Shown: positions 1 through 13,090 of the stretch, one piece after another
Layout: each line of letters begins with the position of its first letter
How positions within the stretch are numbered: position 1 is the first letter of the stretch
Assembly (NCBI GenBank): GCA_976551045.1
Contig: CDPCPM010000022.1
Span: forward strand, 18,600,001-18,664,000
DNA from: Glaucostegus cemiculus
Lineage: Eukaryota
DNA length: 64,000 bases
Reading direction: 5' to 3'
Made by a program: the position numbers and the translations under genes
The notes under the pieces: model-generated
Database searches by the model: none
What the model saw: only the letters and a program-made list of their open reading frames with translations
What the model was told of the DNA's origin: nothing

Positions 1-80
1 AAAAAAAAAGGGTGGCGTGAACTCGTTGGGCCGAAAGGGCCTGTTACCACGCTGTAAATAAATAAAAATAAATAAAATAA
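1..80 (+). mobile_element. 3' end of tRNA-derived V-type (HE1-like) SINE with A-rich tail, cut by the window edge
   Basis: ggcgtgaactcgttgggccgaaagggcctgttaccacgctgtaaataaataaaa is near-identical to the 3' end of the full SINE at 55808-56045. Confidence 0.85.
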
Positions 81-2597
81 ATGGGTTTTCTCAAGTAAAT
101 GTGATACAATGAATGGTGTGCTGCACAACTTGGAACTTTTCAATTTTATGAATAATCCGAATGAAGTCACTGAAGATATTGTTAAATTTACCGTAGACAC
201 AATAAAAAAAAAGGAATGCATTATCTAAATGATAAGATGGCAGAGCTCTGAAATGCAGAGAGATCCACTTGTTCTAGTGCGTGAATTGCAACAGGCTAAT
301 ATAGGTGACTCCCTTATTATGAAATAGTTGTCTTCCTAGAAAACTTTCATAAGGCAGAGCTGCATCATCTGCACATAAATCAAAAATCATGAGTTGGGGG
401 GACAATATTTATTTTTTCCACAAACTCAGTGGGAGTGAATTTTAATCCTGATCTCCAATTTTCGGTAGTGATTGGTGAATTTCTGTTACCCATATGGTTG
501 TTATGCGGCTTGCCTGTGTTCTCATTCTCTAAATTGTATTGGATTCAGATGGTTAGTGTCTGTAATTTTCTTTTGATCAGATCGTAAGCTTGCAATAATG
601 AGCAGGGCTGCAAAAAGTAGTTTGCAGGAACAAGGTCCGTGTTAAATTGTGGGCAGTCTGTATATGATTAGCAATTTTGCTACCTGTCCATAAATCTTGT
701 CTTTAAAAGTTCAATGGTTCTTGCAACAGAATGCTTTTTATTTAGTTTTGCTACATATCCACTTGTAGAAAGCATTGTTAAATTTCCTTCACAATATTTG
801 AAATGGTTTCTTATCTTTATCATAGGGTATAAATTTCTCATTGAGAGTTGAATTCTGCATTGGCATCTGCTGAAACCTTTTTAAGGCTTGAATATGAAAT
901 AGTACATTTCTGAAGTAATAGTGGTGGAACTGTGGCCCATCAAGGACTTATTTAGTAGGGGAGCAGTTATAATTGAGTTTACTTTTTTAACTTTTAACAT
1001 GAAGTCAGCCTTTAAATTAAGAAATGTCAAGCAATCTGTAACGTCTGGTTCATGAATGACAAAGGCCCATATGTCTGTGCCTTTTTGTTGGTACTTCTGC
1101 ATAAAACTTCTGGTGAGATGCTCTTTGTGCACTCTTTGCCTCTGATTCATGTGATCTGTACTTTCCTCTGCAGAAGTCAGGAATGAGCTGAAGGTCTGAT
1201 GCCAATACATCTAACTTCCTGCTCTTGCCTCTTGGGTAGAGCACAGATGTGTTAAACCAAGGAACTAGATGGATTTTGTTGCAAACATAAAGAGATTATT
1301 CCTGAATTAGGAATGCTGGCAAGCAACAGTTGACACCTCTTGGTATGAGGCCTAGACATTGTTGCAGCTATGAAAAGGGAATTGGATAAATATTTGAAGG
1401 TATATTTGCAAGGCTAAAGGGAAAGAATGGGGGGGTGGGGGGAGGAACTGATTGATTGCTCACCAGAGTTAGTGTGGACTTGTCATATGGTGGCCTTCTG
1501 TGAGGAGATGTTTCTTCTCAGAAATATTGTGACTACAAGAGCAGATTAAAGATTGGTATTTTGTTGTAAGATTTGCCTCCCAACTCCTGTAATCTTTCCA
1601 TCATCTACAAAGCATAAGAGTGTGATATTCAAAGTCTGGATGCGTGCAGCAACGGTAACACTGAATCTAAGCATGATTCATGACAAAGTAGCCTATTTAA
1701 TTGGCTCCTATCCACTATTGTAATGTTCACCTCTTTTGACATTGATACATTAGTTGCAATCTGTAATATCTGCAAAATACTGAAAGGACCTGCAAGAAAA
1801 TCTAGTTTCCTGCATATGGATATTAAAGTACTGGTATTTTCTTTAATTTCTATTTCCTTTATTTGATGAAATTGCATTGCAATAATTACTACTGTTATTA
1901 TTCATTATGCTTTCATTCAGTACTTCTGAGTTTTTTTTGAAGTGATGGTTCTTGTCTAGAATGTACTTCTATAGTCTAAGTATTTTTGCCATCAAATAAA
2001 CCAGTGGTCAATCCAGTGACACTTGCCTAACTAATCTTGGAAATATCAAAAGCTGATCCAATTTCAAGAAGCTCAAAAACATCCCTATTTTTGCCGTAGT
2101 AGAGACAATGAAACTTGATTTGCATTGAAATAAGGAGATATTTGCTAAAAAGTACTCAGTGCTTTACAAGAAAGTTTTTGGATCTGATTTGGATTTTTAC
2201 CTTTTAAATTATACATGCCCATTTTTCAGAATATTACATCAACAGCATTTTACTGATTTTGAGAATCTACAGTTAATAATTTGGTTAGTTCACCAAAATG
2301 TAAATCATTTAGTGACTCAGTAATTATGTAATAATAGAACTATTATAAGTAAACTCTTGGGATGCATAATATACAATTTTAAAATTTAATGAATAATTAA
2401 AAAGGCATGGATTAACCAAAGACAATTCACATGGATTTGTTGAGTTGTGTTTAACATTCATTCATTTTCTTGATGTAAGTAGATAAAGGCGATTGTGGTA
2501 ATTAATTGTAACTAGCATAGGTTTTCTCAGGTATGTAAGGCTTGCAAAGCTCCTTGGAATTAGTGGTAGACACAGCATGAAACGTACATTAGTGGCA

Positions 2598-3740
2598 GAC
2601 ATACAGCATGAAAATAGGCCCTTCGGCCCAACTGGTCCATGCCAACCACAGCATCCTCCTGGCTAGTCCCAGTAGCCTGCATTCAGTCCATAACCCTCCA
2701 AGCCCCTCCCCTCCACATACCTATCCAAATGTCTCTTAAATGTTGCAAATGTACCTGCCTCGACCACTTCCTCTGGCAGCTCATTCCAGCTACTCACTAC
2801 CCTCGGTAAAGAAGTTGCCTCTTGGGTCTCTTTTAAATCTCTCCCCTCTTATCTTGTATCTGTGCCTTCCAGTTATGGACTCCCTAACCCTGGGGAAAAG
2901 ACTATGACTGTCCACCTTATCCATACCCCTCATGATTTTATAAACTTCTATGAGGTCACTCCTCATTCTCCTGCACTACAAAGAATAAAGATTCAGTGTG
3001 GCCAACCTCTCCCTGTAACTCAGGCCCTCTAGTCCAGGCAGCACCCTTTTAAATCTCTTCTGCACCCTCTCAAGCTTGACGGTGTCTTTCCTGTAACAGT
3101 GACTAAAACTGTACACAACACTCCAAGTGGGACCTCAATGACAACCTGTATAACTGCAACATCATGTCCCCACTCCTAAACTAGAGGTCCTGACTGATGA
3201 AGACCAGCATGCTAAACACCACCTTCACCACCCTGTCTATTTGTGTGGCTGCTTTCACTTGTACTCCCAAATCCCTCTGTTCCACTGCACTTGTCAGTGC
3301 CCTGCCATTCACTGTACAAGTCCAATCTTGGTTTGACTGTCCAAAAAGCATCACTTCACACTTATCTAAGTTGAAATCCATTTGCTATTCCTCAGCCTGT
3401 CTCCCTTAACTGTTCAAGATCTCCTTGCAATTCATTGTAACCTGCTTCGCTATCAACAAGACCCCCTAATTTATTACCATCAACAAACTTGCTAATTGTG
3501 TCATATACATTCATATCCAAATCATTTGCATAAATAATGAATAACAGTGCTCCCAACACTATCCCCTGGAGCACCCCAGTAGTCCTCGATCTCCAGTCAG
3601 AAAATCTATCATCATCATGTTCTGCTTCCTATCGTCGAGCCAATTCTGAATCCACCTCACTAGCTGTCCCTGAATCTTAAGTGACCTAACCTTCCAGATC
3701 AACCTGCCTTGCAGGACCTTGCAAAAGTCCATATAGGCAA
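2598..3740 (-). mobile_element. CR1-clade LINE, 3' fragment (degenerate RT plus 3' UTR)
   Basis: Minus-strand ORFs read QGIVLGALLFIIYANDLD...ISKFVDGNKLGG and FNLDKCEVMLFG...EQRDLGVQV; CR1-type 3' end (ggcccttcggccca) near 2617. Confidence 0.9.
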
Positions 3741-3898
3741 TTAATTAATTATAGCAAAAAGCCATTGTTCATGATCATTTAGATAGCCATCCTCTGTGAT
3801 AAATGGTGTTCTGTTTTGATTGAACAAATTTTGTGTTATCAGTAAATGTATTTTTTCCAATGAGCAATCCAGTTTCTGAACTGTGTAACTTCTTGCAG

Positions 3899-3976
3899 GA
3901 TGATTCTGGAAAAGGAAGGTCCCCGGTCTCTTTTCAGAGGGCTAGGACCAAATTTGATAGGCGTTGCCCCGTCCAG
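3899..3976 (+). CDS. slc25a36: Solute carrier family 25 member 36, internal coding exon (78 bp, probable exon 3)
   Basis: ttcttgcag|G...TCCAG|gtaagc; translates [26 protein letters not shown], matching SLC25A36/SLC25A33. Confidence 0.95.
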
Positions 3977-5418
3977 GTAAGCAGTAAAACTAGATGTTAT
4001 TTATGGGAATCTTTTATCATGGAATCCTCTACCAGTGCATTCTTGGAGAGTTTCTGTAATACTTGTTTTGCTACTTTTTGACAGAAGTTTGTAATTTGCA
4101 GGCTTTGAATTTGAAAATAGTTGTGTTTTTGAAAATTATTTTCAGTGTTTTTTAAATGGATCACATTTTGAATGTAACTCTCTTGAAGCGAATTAAATGC
4201 GAATTGAAGCCACTTTTAATACCCGTGAAGCAGGTACCATGCTGAACTAAACAAATCTAAGATTTCTCTTGTTAATGTATACTCAACAGTTTTGTATGCT
4301 GGATATTCATTTAGCAATTTTATGTAGCTATCTCCTAGGCAAATTTTGAATGTGTGCTGTGGGTGTCAGTCTTGCTATAAATTGAGCAATGGTTGGGGTA
4401 GCCAAATAAGACCAACAGAACAACCTAAAATGTCTGACAAATGAGATTAGTGATGGAAAGGCTGAGAAGAACCACCAGTAACTACAAATAATTCTTGTGG
4501 GCACATTTTTTTTGCTCATATTTTCAGGCTTAAATTATGCTTCATGATAACTAAGTAATGGGGTCTTAAAACTTATAGTTCCAGCAAGCTTTGGAGTAGG
4601 ATTTAAGCATGGGAAATTGAGGAAACAGCTTGTTTGCTTTAAGTTTTGTAAAGATGTTACCATTCTGGTTTTAGTAATAGAAGACTATTTTCTTTCAACT
4701 TGCACCAAATAAGGCATAGCAATCTAAAGTTTCATTAATGCAGTTAAAAATATTTCCCAAAAAAACCACTTTTAGTCTAGTCTTGTACCTGTAAATAACC
4801 TCATTAAATTTTTAAAAATGCATTCAAAGCCATTTCCATGTTTTGTTGGTGTACAGTGTTTAAAAAAAAATCATTTTCAAAGTACATCTCAGCACATGAT
4901 CTTGTCTGAATCCTTCATTGAACAGGTACAGTGGGTGCATCCTCAGTATTTCATTTTTGTGTGTCCATTTCCCTGAATGGGACTAGCTTCAAGCAAAACT
5001 ACTTTTAAACCATTCAAGTTTGAAAAGTCATATCTTATGTTCTGATTTGGCTAATTTTGTGCTCACAACTAGCATGTTATCTACCCATTTATCTTTTGTA
5101 TATAAATATATCAGAACAGATTGACATATTTAGGGCACCTATTGATACATTGCAAATGAAGATTGTAATTTGAGAGAGAGAGTGGCTTCCATTAATTTAA
5201 TAGAATTAGGGTTATCTCATTTCTTTTTCCGCTGAGCATTAATTGACACCACAAAATAGGTGATTTGTTTAACTTGGGTACTATTTGCCCATAATGTTCC
5301 ATTCAGTACTAAAATAACCTGTTGCAGACTTAATATAAATGTGACTAATGATGTGTGTGCAAAATGATCATAAAACCTAACAAGCTGTACGTGGTGTGGT
5401 TGAATTTTCCTTTTGTAG

Positions 5419-5434
5419 CTAAAAGCTGTAATGG
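5419..5434 (+). other. slc25a36: Candidate 16-nt poison microexon in slc25a36 intron
   Basis: ttttccttttgtag|CTAAAAGCTGTAATGG|gtgagt with branch-point-like tgactaat (5342-5349) and cctaac upstream; joined to the previous exon it reads TCC AGC TAA. Confidence 0.6.
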
Positions 5435-5933
5435 GTGAGTGAGTTAAATCGCAACAATTTCAGTCTATTTGTTGAACAAGAGCATTGGTTACTGTGGACT
5501 AAAATGTCATAGATCCTTCACTTTAGAAGTAATTCATTAACGAGCATGAATACAAAACATCTGTCAATATCCAAAGTACACTTCTGAAGCTTGTTAGATG
5601 TATGTAATCAACCTGCTGTTAGGGGAATTCTAATAAGGTAATATGTTTTACTAAAGTTGATGTAGGAGGAAAATTTACCAAGATCGTAACACAAGATCTT
5701 GTGTTTAAGAATAAAGCCATTAGTGCAGCATAGACTAGGCAGGTTTTCATAGCCATTTATGAAAAACATTAACATGCTTCTTGGTGGATATTTTCTTATT
5801 TTTGCTGAATCAATTATTTTGCTTATCACTCATGTTCAATATGTTCAGAGCTGACCCCAAATGAAATAATAACATTGATAAATGTTGCAAATTACCCTAG
5901 AATAAGATCTGGTTTTGTTTGAAACCTTTGCAG

Positions 5934-5964
5934 TCAGCTGGCCTCGGTTCAGGTGATCAAACTC
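5934..5964 (+). other. Possible second small cassette exon (31 nt, frame-shifting)
   Basis: ggttttgtttgaaacctttgcag|TCAGCTGGCCTCGGTTCAGGTGATCAAACTC|gtgagt. Confidence 0.3.
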
Positions 5965-7203
5965 GTGAGTTTGCTCTTTCTACCTTGGGTAGGAAGAAGT
6001 AGAACTTTGGCCATCTGACCTGGGCCCAATGGGACCAGCTTCCACGATGTGCAGGTTTGAGGCAAGAGTATACTCTGATAAAGCTTTTGGACCAGGTCAG
6101 CTTCTGAGGCAGGATGGTTTGCATAGTAATACTGCATGTATCCTGTGATCTAAATTGATATTTGGTGTTTTGTCCTAAAACTGGTCAGAAGTGTTTAGGA
6201 TTGTTATAATTGTGGCAGTGGACAGGCAGGACAGATATGGGGGGATAATGGTGCTCAGTTTGGGTTCACTGGCTTGGTGGTGATCTCCTTTTAATTTTAC
6301 ACTTAAGCAGATGTCCAGGAAGAAGATCCCCTGAAAATGTTGAGGTTTTTGTTTGAAAGTTGAGCAACTGGAAATATCCCAGACTGTACAAATTTTATGT
6401 CCTACAAGTAATTCAAAGTAAGGACAACATTCTGCATTAGTTTGGCAAAGTGACTGCATGCCAGACATTAACTTGTTTGTTCTTTCCACAGATGCTGATT
6501 GACGTGAATATTTCCAGCATTCTGTTTTTAATAGTTATCGTTATGACAGCCATTATTGAGAAGCTGTCATCTGAATCAGTGGCCATAGTATGGCCAGCTT
6601 GATAAGGTAGCATACATCTGTCGGGGCTGGAAATCTAGCAAATGGCTTGGAAATAGGTGGCATGCACTTTGATAGATTAATGGAACTGATTTTTGATGTA
6701 CTAGAAGAGTACAGTAACTGGAAGAAAAATAGAGGGGGCGCGGTGTGTGGGAGAAGAGTACATTAAGAGAATTGGTATGTTCTGGATTAGGGAAAACTGT
6801 TACTGGTTCTTTAACCTATTTTGCAGTAACAGCTAAAGTTACTATTATCTACATCCAGAGCTTGATGGGATGGAGTAAGGGCAGACACAGATAATATCCT
6901 CCAAGTAGTTTATATATGGAAATCAACAATGCTCTCATGTTTTATGTATCTGTTTCTTGAGTGTTGTTTAATGGAAAATAATTCCTGAACAATAATACCA
7001 AAATGCATTTTATAAATTTAAAAAAAGCATGCCTCTTCTGCAAGGTAACATTACGTAGAAAAGGAATAAAATTGTAGACAGAATTTTTGTCTTCCTATGT
7101 AGAAAAGAGCAGGGTTACATTAGGTGTATGTGAATCCTTTAGTTAATGGATTTCACCTAAAACTAATTTTTCACTGGTTATGTGATCTTGCTCCTTCTTG
7201 TAG

Positions 7204-7304
7204 AGCTATTTACTTTGCTGCTTACTCCAGTTCTAAGGAAAAATTGAACACCGTCCTGGAGCCAGATTCAAGCCTAGTGCACATGCTCTCTGCTGGAATG
7301 GCAG
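7204..7304 (+). CDS. slc25a36: SLC25A36 internal coding exon (101 bp, probable exon 4)
   Basis: ctccttcttgtag|A...GCAG|gtaaga; [34 protein letters not shown]; phase matches flanking exons. Confidence 0.96.
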
Positions 7305-8399
7305 GTAAGAGTGAGAAGTGCTATTGCTATCTGCAAGTTTTTGTAGCATGCTTCAGAATATTTATGGGGAATAGTCTTAAGTCTCCACAATATTTGTAAA
7401 TTCTCAAAACTCTGCAATCAAGCAACTTTTTAAACACCAAATTTTGCCTATGCAACATATATAAGAATGACTGTTATAATTTTATTGTAGTTTGCAATTC
7501 TGTTTCAATAGTAAATTTGAAAGCCAGAGTTTTTTTGGATGTGCATTATTTATCTTTGAAGTGTACATACATAAAATAGAGATCACTGTGTTAAAGCAGT
7601 TAAAGTAATCTCCAAGAATGTTTAAATCACGTGGAAAATTTTGTATCCTTTGTATGTGAGAATAGATTACTTGCTGTTTAAAATGTATGACAGTTCTGTG
7701 TCAGAAAGCATTCAGATTTATTTGATGGATTTGCATTATCTGTGTATTTCAAATACAGAATCATTTGAATATTTTTGGCAAGTTGAGGGGTTGGACAATT
7801 GACCTGTTTTAATTGACATGGTTGAAATGTCTTGTCTGACTTTCTTACTATCCCATATTTTTAAAATCATTGTTATTCTTTTCCTTGTCTCATTTCTGCA
7901 GTTTCCAATGATTTAAGCTATATTAAATATGTATAATCTTGTTAGTGAGAAAATAAACCAATAAAGCAATCCATCATCTTTAAAAAGAGCTGTAGCTTTG
8001 CAAATCAGTTTCATAATTATTACATTTTAGCAACTTGATAGGGAATGGCTTTTTTGATATGTTCATTAAACTTAAAAAAAGACAGAAGTACCTTAATGTA
8101 CGATGATTTTTCATACTTCCCTGTGTAATTGTTACCATTAATATCATTACATCATGATAGCAAATTAAAAGCAGGACACGCCCAACAAAAGGGATAATTG
8201 CTTCACTGCTGGATGAATGTAAGCATTTATATCACTGCAATAACATGTTACAGTTGCAGGTTTCCTTGCAGTTTAATAGTGTTCAAAAGAAGAAATGATT
8301 TTGTTTAAAAATACATTCTAACACCAGACACAGGCTGAATGTTTCCATGGATGCTAAACTGCATCTTGTGCAACTTGCAGTATTCCAAAACCAAGAAGA

Positions 8400-9650
8400 A
8401 ATGCTTAAAAATCTGAAATAAAACCAGAAAATACTGGAAATGCTCAGCAGGTCAGGCAGCAACAGTTCAAGTCGTTGACCTTTCGTTGGATCTGGAAAAA
8501 GTGATAAAACGGTTGTTTTCTTTAAGTTGCACAGAAGGAGGCTTTTGGGATGGAGAGAATGAAGGGGATGTCTACGATAATACAGAGGTGATCTTGTGCT
8601 GCTGGTGCCACTTGAGATTGCTGAAGGCTTGTTAATCGTAGCTGATTTGTCGGAAAGGTGTGTAAATAAGAGGGATGGAAAGGAATGCTGGAACTGTGAA
8701 ATGAAAGAATGCCTGAAATACTCAGCAAATTGGGCAGAATCTATGGAGAGGAAAAACCAGAGTTGTTAATCCAGAACTGCCCAGTTCTGACATGAGCAGG
8801 AAAAGCATCATCTGAAATTGTTGAGCTCAATATGCATCCTGAGAGCTGCAGTGTGCCTCATTAGAAGGTGACGTGCTTTTCCTCCATTGGAATAGCATGG
8901 GAAGCCAAAGACAGAAGTCAGAGTGAGAGAGTGATGGAGCATTAATGTGACAGGCAGCCAGAAGCTCGACTGAATGGAGGTGTTCTGCAATGCAATTGTT
9001 CAATATGCTTTTTTGGTTTCTCTAATGTAGTGGAGATCACTTTGTGAACACTGAATCTAGTGGACTAGGTTGGGGAAAAACTGCAGCTGAATCACTGCTT
9101 CATCTGCTAAAAACTGAGTTCCTGAATGATGTGAATGTAAAAGTTAAAAGGGAAGGTGCTGTTGAAGAGTGGAGGATGAGACATGAGGCAACTACCCTGG
9201 GTGAAAGGGAATAGAGTAGAGCTAAAGTATGGGAAATGGAGTGGATGTAATTGAGAGTGCTCTCAGTGATGGTAAAGAGAGCCATGGTTAAAGGAAAAGG
9301 GAGACCTCTTGGCAACACTGGTGTGGAATGTCTTGCAATCAACACAGAAACAATGGAGCAGAAGAAACAGAATGAAAACAAATTAAATAATAACTGGCTG
9401 TTCCCACATCCCTTCAATAGGAACAGTGAAAATCTAGCTGCTTTTTTTAAAATAGGACTGTATCACTGTTATTGGAAATGTGATTACTAGCCCATGTTAA
9501 ATTGTTTGCAGGAAACCATGCAACTGCATTTGGCATTCAGGGTAAAATGTTGAAGATGCTGAAGGTCAGCTAGCATCTGGGGAGAGGGGAAACACTAAAT
9601 CAGTGACCTTTCATCAGGAATGAATAGTTACCTATTTCAAATTGGCAAAA
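8400..9650 (-). mobile_element. Degenerate Penelope-like element remnants (terminal repeats and GIY-YIG C-terminal region)
   Basis: Repeated ctggaaatgctcagcaggtcaggcagc-type termini at about 8430, 8715 and 9550; 8820-8890 resembles the reverse complement of the EEHHLIFHLGSLQPNG region at 40251. Confidence 0.6.
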
Positions 9651-9806
9651 GTTTAAAGATTGAGAAAATGAAGTTTGTGTAGGAATAGAATAGGGCTGCT
9701 AGCTCTGTGACAAGGCATAGGAAAAATTAAATGTCAAAAGGGACCATTGCACAAGGCCACAGGGTGTGGTAATTGGACAAGTGAAGGAACAAAAGGGTTG
9801 AAAGTA

Positions 9807-11471
9807 ATCAGAATCAGTTTTATTGTCACAACCATATACATACATAGTATGCATAGGAGCGAGATACCGTCCTCCTCAGGTGCTCGTCCCATAAAATAAC
9901 ATAACAACCAACAAAGAGACATACACACTTGACAGAATAAACATTACAAAACATTAGACATTAAAAGTTACGGAAGTTAAAATTAAATTAGTACGCAGAT
10001 TAAATTAAAAATGGCCGGTAAATAAATAAATAGTTATTAAAGTGAACGGGCTGGTGTCGGGCATTTAAAGTGTTGGTGCATTTCTGTGCACCTAGCATCT
10101 CTTAGTGTTAATAAAGGAAGATGGAGGGATGAGAGAGTTTGCAGTTCTGATGGCTTGTGGAAAGAAGCTATTATTCAGCCTGGTCGTTCTTGCCCTGATA
10201 CATGTAAGCCTGCTCCCTGAAAATTGTGAAGAGGTGGTGGGAGGGGTGAGAAGGGTCGGCCATTATGCTTTTGGTCTTCCTCACACAACGGTCTTTGTAT
10301 ATGTCTGCGAGGGATGGAAGCGAGACACCTATGATCCACTCCGCAGCCCTAACTATCTTCTGGAGGGACTTCCGCCCAGCAGCTGAGCAGCTTCCAAACC
10401 AAACAGTGATACATTGAGTTAGGATGCTCTCAATGGTCCTCCTAAAGAAGGTTTTCATGACGGAGGGATGGGGGGTACGCTTTCCTCAGTCTCCGCAGGA
10501 AGTAGAGGCGTTTCTGAGCTTTCTTTGTGAGGGCCGTAATGTTAGTGGACCAGGTCAGGTCGTCGGTGATGTGCACCCCCAGGAACTTGGTGCTGCGTAC
10601 TTGTTCCACAGCAGAACTGTTGATGGTCAGTGGGGTGTGCACACGGTGACCCCTCCTAAAACCCACTATCATCTCCTTGGTTTTATCCACATTCAAGGAG
10701 AGGTTGTTGTCATGGCACCACACGGCTAGTTGTTTCACCTCCTCTCTGTAGTCCGACTCATCGTCATTCGTGACAAGACCCACCACTGTCGTGTCATCGG
10801 CAAATTTAACAATGCGGTTGGAGCTGGATCTGGCCTCACAGTCGTGAGTCAACAAGGTGAACAGGAGCGGACTGAGCACACAGCCCTGTGGGGAGCCAGT
10901 GCTCAGTGTGATGGTGCTTGAGGTGTTTTCACCAATTTTGACTGACTACGGCCTGCAAGTGAGAAAATCCATTATCCAGTTGCAGAGAGGAGAGTTAATG
11001 CCCAGAGCGCTCAACTTCCTGATTAGCTGTTGCGGGATGATGGTATTGAAAGCGGAGCTGAAGTCGATGAATAGCAGTCGGCAGTATGAATCCTTCTTCT
11101 CTTAGTGATATAGTGCAGAGTGCATGGCAGAGGAGACTGCATCATCGGTGGACCTGTTTGCCCGATAAGCATACTGATGAGGATCCAAGGATGGGGGGAG
11201 GATGGCTCTAATGTGCTTCATAACTAGCCCCTCAAAGCATTTCATGACAATCGGTGTTAGAGCTATGGGACGGTAGTCATTCAGTCACATTGGAGGAGAC
11301 TTCTTAGGAACCGGTATGATGGTGGCAGATTTTAGGCACTTAGGAACAACCGCCTGCTGTAGGGAGATGTTGAAGTTGTCAGCCAGTACATCTTTAAGCT
11401 GGTCCGCACAGTCCCTAAGTATCCGCCCCGGTATGTTATCCGGTCCCGCAGCCTTCCGAGGGTTAACCTGT
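9807..11471 (-). mobile_element. Rex1/Babar-clade LINE, 5'-truncated and relatively young
   Basis: RT motifs [24 protein letters not shown] and LSPLLFTLLTHDC...IVKFADDTTVVGL; many CpGs retained; 3' (TTCTGA)n tail at 9807-9820; frameshifts and stops present. Confidence 0.92.
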
Positions 11472-12059
11472 AGGGTTAAATAAGTAGATGTAAATAAGCA
11501 TAGCAAAACCATTATTTCAAATTGCTGATCACAGTTTTAAACCTGGACTACCTAGTTTAAATGTGTCAACTCAAAAAGCAAGAAATTACTGATCAAACTT
11601 GAACTAAGCTTCATTGAAATAGCTTTGGAGGCCAAATGGGATAGAAAATTAAAGTAGCAAAACAACAGAAGTTTTGTTATACTTCCAAACTGATACAGAT
11701 ATTCCTTAAAATGGCTACCTGACATAAGAGACTGCATCGACAGCATACTGACTTTGCCCTGTTTTTCAATGGGGACAGAGAGGTATGAGATAGGGAAAAA
11801 AAATATGAATAAAGAATGAATACTATTTTCCTCAGTCAAAGTAGCCTTTCATCATCATTAATGGTGGCCTAAACCTTATCTGTTCCACTTCCTGAAGAAC
11901 TTCCCTTGCCCATTTTTCCCTTCTCTAGAAACATGAGGATCTCCTTAATCCACATTCCACCCTCCCAACCATCATTCATTGCCATTTCTGACACCAAGCA
12001 TGATGCCATTACTGGCAAGGGGCCACCAATATTGATTCTAGAATTTGTCCAAATCCATT

Positions 12060-12360
12060 GGCAGAGTAAATAAACCAATGTGAGTGTCCTCTTCCAAGCC
12101 AATATCCTCCTCATTGAAGCTATTTAGCCAGCTACTTTAGGAAGGCCATGTCGTTCACATGCCTGACGTCAAGGTCCCAAAACAGACTGCACTGAATAGA
12201 TTTTGGGGGGGGGGGGGGAAATAAAGATTACCAGGAGGACTGAAGAAATGTTCTTGGGACTTTCTTAAAACCACCTGAAAGTATAATATCCTCAACTGGC
12301 TCATGGAAGTGTCTAGTCCATGGCTGACCAATATGGAGCAGCAACCTGGCTGGCACTGAG
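12060..12360 (+). mobile_element. RTE (BovB-like) LINE fragment, degenerate RT C-terminus
   Basis: ccagctac...ggccatgtcgttcacatgcctgac...cccaaaacag resembles QLRWAGHVVRMPD.RLPKQ; related to the minus-strand copy at 62245-62485. Confidence 0.6.
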
Positions 12361-12599
12361 AACCTGAAATCTCTTAAGGAACATGCAGAAGACCAATGAG
12401 AGCAAAAAGTACTGTACCATCTCCTATGCACCTTAAAGGTCTACCTACCAAGACCAAACCAGTAATTTTACTCCTTTTCACCCTGCAACCATGGCAGATA
12501 CAACTTCCAACCTTTTCACTTTCTGTTATTCAGTACCCTGGCACATTTTCCAACTGCGATAACAGCCTTGTACCAGATATAGTTACTGCATTTGTTACT

Positions 12600-13090
12600 G
12601 TTTCCTCTCCTGTGGGATGACTAAATACAATTTGGGAGACCATTTTGAAGGAACGGCTTTGTTTAGTTTACAAATATAATCCTCTCCTGTTGTCATAATT
12701 TTCTGTTTCTTCCTCTTCCTTGCCAACTAAACCTGTTCCAATAAAACTGAATGCAAATGCTCAAGGAACAGCAGCTCATCATTTGAGTAGAAATGTTACA
12801 ACTTTTGAGCTTAAGGATTTCAGTCAATTGATTTTTTTTCACTTGCTCTTCTCACACAGGCCTGCCTGCCATATTTCCTGCATCATTATTATTCACTTTT
12901 TCCTTTCACCCTCTGATTAATCTCTCCTATCTTTTAGAGTTTCCTTTTGTCCTTTCTCCCCTACAACTCTTGCCCCTTTCTATGACCTGAAACATGAACT
13001 TGGTTTCGCTGGCAACAGATGCTGCCTAGCCTGTTGAGTGTTTCCAGTGTATTCTAGTTTGGATTGCCAGCATCCACGGTACTTTCCCTT
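12600..13090 (+). mobile_element. Degenerate Penelope-like element 3' region
   Basis: Ends in cagatgctgcctagcctgttgagtgtttccag...ccagcatcc terminus; upstream part resembles the GIY-YIG region at 40120-40320. Confidence 0.55.

Noticed and set aside
2561-2613. Direct repeat tagtggYagaca..cagcatgaaa at the CR1 3' junction
   Set aside because: Most simply a small duplication formed at or after LINE insertion.
1-3898. First coding exons of slc25a36
   Set aside because: No MSQRDTLVHLFAGG-like or [21 protein letters not shown]-like sequence was found; they must lie upstream of the window.
3833-4081. 82-aa ORF overlapping the slc25a36 exon
   Set aside because: Wrong frame; the real exon is read in another frame between splice sites.
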